Source of the DNA: Leucoraja ocellata
Lineage: Eukaryota
Assembly (NCBI GenBank): GCA_036785375.1
Contig: JAWMAR010000007.1
Span: forward strand, 124,001 to 188,000
Length of the DNA: 64,000 bases
Reading direction: 5' to 3'
Below the pieces are notes generated by a model that saw only the letters and a list, made by a program, of their open reading frames with translations, did no database searches and was not told where the DNA came from. Shown piece by piece: positions 12,201-24,200 of this stretch (the first letter of the stretch is position 1; each line of letters opens with the position of its first letter). The position numbers and the translations under genes were made by a program.

Positions 12201-15200
12201 ACATATCCTTCCAGTGAAGGAAGCGCGTCCTGCAAATACAGGTCCTGATGCCCCACCTCTCCTGTTCGCTCCAACAGCTGTTCCAGCCACTCTACCACCA
12301 GCCGATATTGCTGCCGCGGGCTCCCCGCGTCTGTTTACACCTGGCCCGCCTGTGGCAACTTCCCCCGCCAGGTCACCGGTCGTATCCCCACTCCCGAGTC
12401 CCGTTGTTTCTCCCACGAAAGAAGGTGAGGCGGTCTCCTACCGCACAAGGGCTGGACGGGTTTGCAGGACACCCATTAGATATGGCGATTTTGTATCATC
12501 TTGCTGGCATGTTCTTAGCATCGCCTCGGTATATTGTTTAAGGCACCGTAGTTTATTTTATTCTCTACAAGAGATGTAGATCGGCTATTGAATGCTAACC
12601 AATTAGAGTGCTTGTTAGTAGTAGCCCCGCCTAGTACATGCTTTACAACATTAAGAACTCGCCTACGTCAGGCAGTAGATATAGCAGCTAGGACATGTAA
12701 CGTACTGCATATCCAATGCTGTAAGTGTTTAATAAACATGTGTTGTATCTTTATATGTGTACGAGTCCGGTAATGACACAAACCCTTTGGCCCACCGAGT
12801 CCACGCTGACCAGCGATCCGCGTACATTAACACTATCCTACACGCACGATACGATAGAACTTTATATTTCCCAGGAGGGAAATTGATCTGCCAACAGTCA
12901 TAAAGCACAAAATACATGAAACATGAAATTAAAGTGTTGAGTGGAAAGGATTGGGGAAGTGCAAAGATAAGGGGGAGGGTCGGTGGGTCGAGTCAGCCTA
13001 CCCCACGAACGAAGGGGAGGAGTTGTACAGTTTGATAGCCTTAGGGAAAAAGGATCTCCTGTGGCGTTCTGTACTGCATTTTGGTGGAACCAGTCTGATG
13101 CTGAAAGTACTCCTCAGGTTAACCAGTGTGTCATGGAGGGGGTGAGCACTAGGGACAATTTACATTTTTTCTGATTACAATTAACCTACAAATCTGCACG
13201 TCTTTGGAATGTGGGAGGAAACCGGAGCACCCGCAGAAAACCCACGCGGTCACAGGGAGAACGTACAAACTCTGTACAAACAGCACCCAAGGTCAGGATT
13301 GAACCCGGGTGTCCGGCGCTGTGAGGCAGCAATTCCACCGCTGCGCCACCGCGCCACCCGTGTGCCACGTGCCGAGGATAGTTTTGAAAAAGGAACTCGC
13401 CATAAAGCTAAGAGAGCTCACATTTAAAAACTTAAATCAGCGCGAGTAAACTGGAAAGAGGCTGCATGAGCAGCAAGTTGAGGGTGTAGAGACACGAGGA
13501 ACTGCAGATGCTGGTTTACTAAAAAAAAACACAAAGTGCTGGCATAACTCAGCAGTTCATGCACCTTCTATGAAGGACATGGATAGGCCATGTTTCAGGT
13601 GGGGCCCCTTCTTCACTGATTGTAGCATGGGGTGAAAGCTGGAAAAGGGGTGGGGAGAGGGGTCTGAAGAAGGGTCCCGATTAAAAAAGTCACCCATTCG
13701 TGTTCTCCAAAGAATGCTCCTCGACCTACTGTGTTACTCCAGCACCTTGTGTCGCTGTGTAAACCAGCATCTGCAGATCCCTGTTTTAATGTTGGGATGA
13801 GATTAAGCAGGCCACGAGGGAGCGAGAGGATTGGGGAAAAGGACCCTGGAATGCTGGGAGGAAAAAAAAACCCAAGCAATTCACTTGAATATTTATGACA
13901 AAGAAAATCCAGAAATTATCAACATTAATTTGTAGAACATCACTTTTGAGCATTGCAATGAGAAAATGTATCATTAAAACAGATTTGCCTGTAGGTGGGG
14001 CTGTAATAGCAAATGCAAGATAAAATACTCAGGTTTGTAGGTTAATTGGCATGGTAAATGTAAACATTGCCCCTAGTGGGTGTAGGATAGTATTAATGTG
14101 CTGTGCGGCACGGACCTGGTTGGCCGAAGGGCCTGTTTCCGTGCTGTATCTCTAAACTAAAAATTTGATTGCCAATCTTTCCCTTGGGTGCAGATGTACT
14201 GCAGTGGAGCAAAGTGTGGGGGCATGGGTTTTGGTAGTAGGAATAAAGACATGGACCATTTTCTAAATGGGGGGAGAATTCAAAAATCCAAGGTGTATGT
14301 TTGCAAGGTTAATTTGCAAGTCAAAACAGTAGTAAGGAAGTTAAACACAGTGTTAGCATTTATTTCGAGAATACTAGAATATAAAAACAGGGATGTAATG
14401 CTGCGGCTCTATAAGGCAACTGTCAGACCACATTTGGAGTATCGTAAGTAATTTTGGGCCCCATACTAGAGGAAGGACGTTCAGCATTTGACGGCAGTGG
14501 TCTGTACTCGCTGGAGTTTAGAAGGATGAGGGGAACCCGCGTTGAAACTTACCGAATAGTGAAAGGCCTGGATAGAGTGGATTTAGAGAAAATGTTTCCA
14601 CTAGTGGAAAAGTCTAGGACCAGAGGGCATAGCCTCAGACTTGAAAGATGTACCTTTAGAAAGGACACGAGGAGTAATTTTTTTTAGTCCGAGTGTGGTG
14701 AATCTGTGGAATTAATTGACACAGACGGCAGTGGAGGTCAAGTCATTGGGCGTTCGTAATAGTTGGTTGTCAAGGCTTATGGGGAGATGGCACGTGAAAG
14801 GGGTTGAAAGTGAAAGACAGATCAGCCATGATTTAAATTGCAGAGTAGTCTCAATGGGCAGAATAGCTTATTTCTGCCTCCATAACTTACAAACTTTTTT
14901 TTGTGTACCAAAACTTCTCAACACTTGCTATTACACAAGCATCAGCCTAGATGATGAACTGTGCTCTGCAGCACACTGGCAAGTGCCATGTATATTTTAT
15001 AATGTTCCAAACAATCTCGTCCTTGTGGTTACTTTAAAATATATATCACCAGCACGATTTAACATACCATGAGACCATCACAATGTATAATGCTCAGCAT
15101 TCCCTATCCATTCATTAACCACAATAAAATAATGTTCTATTTTTATTGAATGTTTCGAGCAATAATCTGAATCTTCTAGTCCACGGATTCCAATCCCTTT

Positions 15201-18200
15201 CCCCTCAACAAATGGATTAATGGCCATGCGATGAGCTGAATGGCCTAATTCTGCTCCTACGCCTTATAACTAAAACAGAAGGCGACCCAAAAATCATTAG
15301 ATCCTTCAAACATCCCCACACAATACCAATGGGTTAACATTTCAATCCCATCTTCCACCTCAGTTCATCTGATTCCTCTCTCCTGACCTTATCAGGTTAG
15401 AAGCACCTCTGAAGATAGACACAAAATGCTAGTGACTCAGCGGGACAGGCAGCATCTCTGAAGAGACGGAATGGGTGATGTTTCGGCTCGAGAGCCTTCT
15501 TCAAATCAAGAAGCATCTCCTTCCACTTTAAGATGACCCAGGGTGCTGGGCAGCATCTCAGAACGTGGCCAGGCGATGTTTAGGCTTGAGACCCTGCTTC
15601 AGACTCTTCTGTCTTTTCATCGATGGCCCTTGTTCAACCATCTGCCTCTCCTCATCTGTTTCGACCACTGTTCTCTTTCCACATCAATCCCACTATCAAA
15701 GTACAGCATTTTGTCTTCACTCCCCATGAACAATACCACTGGTCATTCTAACCCCATGCAATGTGAGACAACCTTCTAAACCGTACTCATTTGGTTCTAC
15801 ATTAAATAAGATTGACCAGATATATTGACCAGACCAGCGGTCTGTGGCAATTAATTCCACAGTGCCACAGGGAACAAAACTAATGGAGTTTAGTTTAGTT
15901 TAGAGATACAGCGTGGAAACAGACCCTTCGTGCCAACCGATTCCACACTGACCAGCGATCCCCGCACACTAACATTATCCTACACACACTAGGGACAATG
16001 TACACATACACCAAGCCAATTAACCTTCAAATCTGTACATCTATGGAGTATGGGAGGAAACTGAAGATCTCGGAAAAAACCCACGCGGTCACGGGGAGAA
16101 CGTACAAACTCCGTACAGACAGCACCCGTAATCGGGATCGAACCCAGGTCTCTGGCGCTGCAAGCGCTGTAAGGCAAGGCAGCAACTCTACCGCCGTGCC
16201 ACCGTGGTATAACAGAAAGTAGTTTTGAAAGCCATGGGTGTAAATTTTATTCTGGTTTCTATCAAGAGAGCAGCATCCAGCATTAGTGATGTAACTTTGA
16301 ACGTGGACCTATCCGTTAACTCACCTTCTGAAAGGATCGTAGACACACTCGGCAATTCTTGGTTAGCGTTCGACTCGGCCTGAAAGAACAATATTTCCGT
16401 GTCAAATTTTTTTTTTTTTTTTTATAAAATAGCCTGATTAGCGTCACTTAGTCTTTCCTTCTGGTTTATTTACCCTCTCACCAGAACACAAAACAAAAAC
16501 CCAAACTTACAAAATTCTTAAGGGGTTGGACAGGCTAGATGCAGGAAGATTGTTCCCGATGTTGGGGAAGTCCAGAACAAGGGGTCACAGTTTAAGGATA
16601 AAGGGGAAATCTTTTAGGACCGAGATGATGAAAACCTTTTTCACACAGAGAGTGGTGAATCTCTGGAATTCTCTCCCACAGAAGGTAGTTGAGGCCAGTT
16701 CATTGGCTATATTTAAGAGGGAGTTAGATGTGGCCCTTGTGGCTAAACAATTGGTGCAGGAGAAGGCCATTCGGCCCTGAGCCAGCACCGCCATTCAATG
16801 TGATTATGGCTGATCATCCCCAATCAATACTCCGTCCCTGCCTTCTCCCCATATCCTGACTCCGCTATGTTGGCCCCTGGTTCTGGACTCCCCCAACATC
16901 GGGAACACGTTTCCTGCCTCTAGCGTGTCCAAACCCTTAATAATCTTATATAAGATTCCTTCTCATCCTTCTGAACTCCAGAGTATGTAAGCCCAGCCGC
17001 TCCATTCTCTCAGCATATGACAGTCCCGCCATCCCTAGTGTGTGTAGGATAGTGTTGGTGCACGGGGATCGCTGGTCAGTGTGGGCTTGGTGGGCCGAGG
17101 GGCCTGTTTCCACACTGTATTTTGAAAACTAAACTAAACTTCATTTGTTGACACACATGACAGCAATAACTCTCTGGATTGCCATCATTCTAGACTCTCC
17201 CCCCCCGCCCCCCCACCAGCCCCTCACTGAACAAAAGGAAACAAATCAATGGGAACCTACAGGCAATTCTGTCAGGTTCAGCTGCTTCTTCACGTGGCCA
17301 GGCAGCTGGCTTCCACTTTCAGTCTCCGTCAGGACCAGAGATGAAGACTCTCCTCCCACACTTCCCTGTTCATCCTCCTGGGAGATATCCGTACCTCGAG
17401 AGAAACACACACATACCAGTTGGCCACATAGATAAGAGCAAATCAATTATGCAACAGAAAACAGACTTGGAGTCTTACAGCAAGGTAACAGGCCTCTAGG
17501 CCCAACTTGCCCATATCGACCATGATGCACATTATAGCTTTTGTGCCAGTATTTTCCTTTATAAATTCATGTTGGTGGGAAAAGCAAAGTAAAGGCAGGC
17601 ATTTGTATCGCACCTTCTAGGACACCCAGAATTAATGTACAAACAATTTTTTATGTGTCGTCATTATTGCAAAGTAGCGAATGCCACAGCAAGTCTGTTC
17701 ACGGCTAACGAGAGTTAGAGAGTTATACAGCAGGGAAACATCCCATCGGCCCAATTTTCCCATGCCCCCATCAACACTAGTCCCCCGCATTTGGCCCATG
17801 TTCCTATAAAATCTTTTTATCAACGTATCTGTCCAAATGTCTTTTAAAAGTTGTATTACCCGTTATAGAAAATACACTTCGGCAACTTATTATGTGGTCT
17901 CACCAGAGCCGTTCTTCTGCAGTTGTATAGGGCTCTGGTGAGACCACATCTGGAGTATTGTGTACAGTTTTGGTCTCCTAATTTGAGGAAGGACATCCTT
18001 GTGATTGAGGCAGTGCAGCGTAGGTTCACAAGATTGATCCCTGGGATGGCGGGACTGTCACATGAGGAAAGATTGAAAAGACTAGGCTTGTATTCACTGG
18101 AGTTTAGAAAGATGAAGGGGAATCTTATAGAAACGTATAAAATTATAAAAGGACTGGACAAGCTAGATGCAGGAAAAATGTTCCCAATGTTGGGCGAGTC

Positions 18201-21200
18201 CAGAACCAGGGGCCACAGTCTTAGAATAAAGGGGAGGTCATTTAAGATTGAGGTGAGAAAAAACTTTTTCACCCAGAGAGTTGTGAATTTATGGAATTCA
18301 ACTGCCACAGAGGGCAGTGGAGGCCAAATCACTGGATGGATTTAAGAGAGAGTTAGATAGAGCTCTAGGGGCTAATGGAGTCAAGGGATATGGGGAGAAG
18401 GCAGGCACGGGTTATTGATAGGTTATTGGTCAGCCATGATCACAATGAATGGCGGTGCTGGCTCGAAGGGCCGAATGGCCTCCTCCTGCACCTATTTTCC
18501 ATGTTTCTATTAATGAGACACAAGGAACTGCAGATGCTGGTTTACAAAATAAAAAGGACACAAAGTGCTGCAGTAACTCAGCAGGTCAGGTAGTATCTCT
18601 GGAAAACATGGATAGGTGATGTTTCAGGTTGTCCTGTTTTGACGTTTCAGACTGAAGGAGGGTTCACAACCTCTCAATGTTCTCCGGAGATGTTACCCAA
18701 CCGGCTGAGTCACTCCAGCGCTGTCTTTGTTTGGGGCACCTTATTAGTTGTGTTGCCGAGCTCCCAATGGACCAGTGATTGCCAGCAGACAGCTGCATTT
18801 TGTGCTCCTTTCATTATTAACTATTAAAGGCGCACCACAGTGGTGTAGCTGGTAGAGCTGGTGCCTCACAATACCAGAGACCCAGGTTCGATGTGACCAT
18901 GTGGGTTTTATACTGGTACTCCAGTATCCTCCCACATTCCAAATACATTAAGGTTTGTAGATTAATTGACCTCTAGAATTTGGCCCTGACATGCAGGATG
19001 TGGATGAGAAGGTGGAAGCAGGTGATCAATGGTCAGTGTGGCCCCAGTGGGTCAGGGTTTCCATGCTGTATCTCTAAACTAAACCAAAGCAAATGGTTTG
19101 AATGTAGACACAAAGAATTGCAGTTGCTGGTTTACAATTAAAAAAAAGTGTCAGAGTAAATCAAAAGGTCAGGCACTATCTCCGTAGAACAATGATAGGT
19201 GGCGTTTCAGGTCAGGGCCCTTCTTCTGATTGCTTTAACCCAATGACTTGAAGGCGTGATTGGATCATGATTGCCCTGGGGAAATGATTCAATGAGCTCT
19301 TCTTTCATGCAGGATTATTAAATGTAGCTACTCCTTTCTAGAGAAAGAGCATAAATGTGCACCCACTTTATAATAGGATTTTCTGAGGAATCTGAGGAAG
19401 GACATTATTGCCATAGAGGGAGTGCAGAGACGGTTCACCAGACTGATTCCTGGGATGTCAGGACTGTCTTATGAAGAAAGACTGGATAGACTTGGTTTAT
19501 ACTCTCTAGAATTTAGGAGATTGAGAGGGGATCTTATAGAAACTTACAAAATTCTTAAGGGGTTGGATGCAGGAAGATTGTTCCCGATGTTAGGGAAGTC
19601 CAGGACAAGGGGTCACAGCTTAAGGATAAGGGGGAAATCCTTTAAAACCGAGATGAGAAGAACTTTTTTCACACAGAGAGTGGTGAATCTCTGGAACTCT
19701 CTGCCACAGAGGGTAGTTGAGGCCAGTTCATTGGCTATATTTAAGAGGGAGTTAGATGTGGCCCTTGTGGCTAAGGGGATCAGGGGGTATGGAGAGAGGG
19801 CAGGTACGGGATACTGAGTTGGATGATCAGCCATGATCATATTGAATGGCGGTGCAGGCTCGAAGGGCCGAATGGCCTACTCCTGCACCTAATTTCTATG
19901 TTTCTATTTTGCTAAACATTAGAAATACAACAAACAGTGGAAAAAGTGAGAAATTATAAGCTATTGAGGGCAGCCCAGTGGCAGGAGCTGACGTCTCACA
20001 GCATCAGAGACCCAGGTTCGATCCCGACCTTGGGTGCTCACTGCGTGGAGTTTGCACGTTCTCCCCAAGACCTCCTGGAGACGTGCGGGTTGATGGGTAA
20101 ATGTACCACTGTAAATTGCCCCTTGTGTGTAGGGAATGGATGAGAAACGTGGATAATATACAACTAATGTGAATGGGTGATCAGTGGTCAGCATGGACTT
20201 GGTGGGCGGGAGTGTCAATCTCCATGTAACTGTATATTCCAACTGAGATGAGGGAAACCTTTCTCACCCAAAAAGTTGTGAATCTGTGGAATTCTCTGCC
20301 ACAGTGGGGCCAATTCACTAGATGATTTCAAGAGAGTAATGCCGTTGCAGGTACTACCTGCAACCTCCGGCAACCACCTTCAACTAGCATCGCAACCGGC
20401 TTCGACTAAAAAATTACCTATTTTTAAAACGGCAACCTATTTTTAGTCGAGGCCAGTTTTTAATTTTTTGAAATAATCGCCAGAACATAGAAGAAGCAGA
20501 AACCACTTTCGACCATTAGGGAGACTGACAAAAACCTCCGGGAACCGCACGGAAACCTTGGGTGGAGCGCAAAGTCTCCAGAGGTTTCCGTTCAGATTTC
20601 CTAAGTGGGGCATTAGATTCTTAGGGCTAACGGAGTCAAGGGATATGGGGAGAAAGCAGGAACAGGGTATTGGTTTTGGATGATCAGCCATGGAATGACC
20701 TACTCCTGCGTCTATTTTCTATATTCCTATCTCTAAACAAATTAACTCAACTTCACTGATACTCTCAAAATCTGCTTCATCTTGCAGTAAACACCAACTG
20801 CCTTAGCAGTCACACATTCTAGAGTCATCCCAATTCATCATAAACCAACATCCACAAAGATAGATTATGACATTCAGATTTGAACAAACAGATGTCTTCT
20901 AACCCTTTGCAAGCAAAAGAACTAAACTAACAATTAATAGTACTTGACACAATGGGGAAAACAAATCTGCTTCCAGGGATTAGGGCTACAATGCCTCAAA
21001 GAAAACAAGTCTCAGAATTCAGTACAAGCCTGCAGGCTCTTCCTGCAAATCAGTTCTGACATGAACATCCATAGACAACAGAATGTAATCTTGGAGGTGA
21101 TAAACTAATATGTGACAAATAGAGAGAATATTATAGCAGAGCAACAGGCCCTTCGTCCCACAATGTCCATGCTGAACATGATGGCAAATTACACTCATCT

Positions 21201-24200
21201 CGCCTGCCTGCATGTAATCCATATCCATGTGCCTATTCAAAAGCCTCTATTGTGCATCTTCCTTAAACTTTACCTCTTCAGCTTAAACCCCTGTCCTCTA
21301 GTCTTTGCCAATCCCATCTTGCGTAAAACGTTGCAAATGTCTACCCTATCTATCCCTCACAATTTTAAATACATCTAACAGCTCCCTCCCTCTGCGCCCA
21401 AAGTACCTGAGCAAAAACATTCAAGATTGTCCAACGTCTCCTTGTAGCTGTGTAGAAAGGAACTGCAGATGCTGGTTTACACCGAAGATAGACACAAAAT
21501 GCTGGAGTCACTCAGTGGGACAGGCAGCATCTCTGGAGAGAAGGAATGGATGACATTTCGGGTCGTGACCCTTCTTCAGATCCAAAGGATCTGGACCTGA
21601 AACGTCTCCCATTCCTTTTCTCCAGAGATGCTGCCTGTCCCGCTGAGTTACTCCAGCATTTGTGTCTATCACTTTGTAACTAATACCCTCTGATTCAGGC
21701 AGCATTCTGGTAAGTGCCCGCTCTATAGTCTCCACAACCTTACTGTAATGGGGTGACCAAAACTGCACACATTACACCAGATGCGGCCTAATCAAAGTCC
21801 TATCAAGCTGAGATGTCAAAACTGTTTAAAAATAACAAATAGCTGTCAAAATGTGTAGGGACAGGATCTTTAGAGTTTGGATGGATGGAGAGAGGAGATA
21901 TTTCATTCAGGGTGGCGGGTACAATGAAACATAGAAATATAGGTGCAAGAGTAGGCTATTCGGCCCTTCGATCCAGCACCGCCATTCAATATGATCATGG
22001 CTGATCATCTAAAAACAGTACCTTGCTCCTGCTTTTCCCCCTTATATTGATTCAATTAGCCCCAAGAGCTATATCTAGCTCTCTCTTGAAAACATCCAGT
22101 GAATTGGCCTCCACTGCCTTTTGTGGCAGAGAATTCCACAGATTCACAACTCTCTGGTTGAAAATGTTTTTTCCTCATCAGTCCTAAATGGCCTACCCCT
22201 TATTCTTAAACTGTAACCCCTGGTTCTGGACTCCCCCAACTTCGGGAACATTTTTCCTGCATCTAGCTTGTCCAATCTTTTAAGAATTGTATATGTTTCT
22301 AAAAGCCACCCTCTCATCCTTCTAAATTACAGTCAACATAAGCCCAGTCGACCCATTCTTTCATCATATGTCAGTCCCGCCATCCCGGGAATTAACCTGG
22401 TGAACCTACGCTGCACTCCCTCAATAGCAATAATGCCCTTCTTCAAATTAGGAGACCAAAACTGCACACAATACTCCAGGTGTGGTCTCATCAGGGCCTT
22501 GTACAACTGCCGTAGGACGCCCTTGCTCCTAAACTCAAATCCTCTCGCTATGAAACGAGCTGCCGGAGCAGGTAGTTGAGAAAGATACTATAAACAACAT
22601 TTAAAAAGACACTGGGACGGGTACATGAATGGGAAAACCTGAGCCAAACGCAGGCAAATGGGGCTAGGTTAGACAGTGCATATTGGTCGGCATGGCCAAG
22701 TTGAAGCGAAGAGCTTTTCTTCTGACTCTACATGAGGCGAGGACTCTGTCAGTCTTCCTGCATTACCTTCTACAGGTGATATCTGTGCCAGAAGCCTGTC
22801 AGCAATTAGATTTCGCTGGAAGGGGTGTCCAACGCCTTCAACTTCCCAAAGAAGGTTGCGATCATCAGGATAATTGTTCAGATACTTCTGGCAGACTAAA
22901 GAAATGAAAAGAAGCCATGAAAAACTTGGAAACACAACGAGTTTAGACTGAGGAGCTTTTTATGTTTAATCAGTCACATTGTCCAAATAAAGCTCACAGG
23001 TTATTGAACTAAATAAATAGTAAAAAGACAAATGAAATTAATCACGAGGCCAGATCCCTCAATGCATCAAACTTAAAGTTCATCCAACCGTCAAAATTCA
23101 GCCGTGTCTCAATCTTGCTCGCCTCTGTATAACTTCATCCAAGTCTAGAGATATAGCTCTTAGGGCTAACGGAGTCAAATGATATGGGGAAAAAGCAGGA
23201 ACGGGGTACTGATTTTGGATGATCAGCCATGATCATATTGAATGGCGGAGCTGGTTCAAAGAGCCAAACGGCCTACTCCTGCATCTATTTTCTATGTTTC
23301 TATGTTTCTAGGAGATTTTGGGAAAGGATTTGACCTTTGGCATGCACCCAATTTCCTTCACTCGGGTGCATTCCTTTTCTATGTTTCTGTTTCTAAACCA
23401 ATACCAATATTGTGAATATCCTTGGTAAAATGGGTTGAGTAATGCAAAGATATGTTTAAGAAAGTACTGTGGTAGAGAAGCTGGCTTAACAGTGCCAGAG
23501 ACCCGGGTTCGATCCTGATTACAGGAGCTGTCTGTAGGGAGTTTGTATGTTCTCCCTGTCGCCACTTGGGTTTTCTCCGGGCGCTCAGGATTCCTTCCAC
23601 TTTCTAAAGACATACAGGTTTGTAGGTTAATTAATTTCTGTAAAATTGTCCCTAGTGTGTAGGATAGAAACATAGAAAATAGGTGTAGGAGTAGGCCATT
23701 CGGCCCTTCGAGCCTGCACCGCCATTCACTATGATCATGGCTGATCATCCAACTCAGTATCCTGTACCTGCCTTCTCTCCATACCCCCTGATCCCTTTAG
23801 CCACAAGGGCCACATCTAACTCCCTCTTAAATATAGCCAATGAACTGGCCTCAACTACCTTCTGTGACAGAGAATTCAACACTCACCACTCTCTGTGTAA
23901 AAAATGATTTTCTCATCTCGGTCCTAAAAGACTTCCCTTTTATCCTTAAACTGTGACCCCTTGTTCTGGAATAGAATAGAACTAGCATACTGGTCAGCAC
24001 TCTCTTGATGGGCCAAAGGGCCTGTTTCTACACTGTATCTCTAAAACTAAAGTTTGCCTTAAAAGAGCAGCTATGAGCTATCAAGTTTTCGCTCAATTTC
24101 CATTAGGCGCTTGCTATAGCTTAATAAAATAACAATTTTTTCCATAGATAGAGGAATGGGTGACATTTTGGGTCGAGACCCTTCTTCAGACTCAATGTTT

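Larger units (their letters stand above)
8182..12778 (+). mobile_element. Gypsy/Ty3 LTR retrotransposon 1, full length, decayed (Mag-like)
   Basis: 204-bp TG...CA LTRs at 8182-8385 and 12575-12778; TSD CAAAC at 8177-8181 and 12779-12783; PBS tggtgtcaga; domain order gag, protease (VDTGA), RT, RNase H (YAQIEKELLA), integrase (QSNGLAER), broken by stops and frameshifts. Confidence 0.96.

Noticed and set aside
21019-21090. Extra FAM169A exon (DVHVRTDLQEEPAG)
   Set aside because: No convincing splice sites, and the model is in frame without it.
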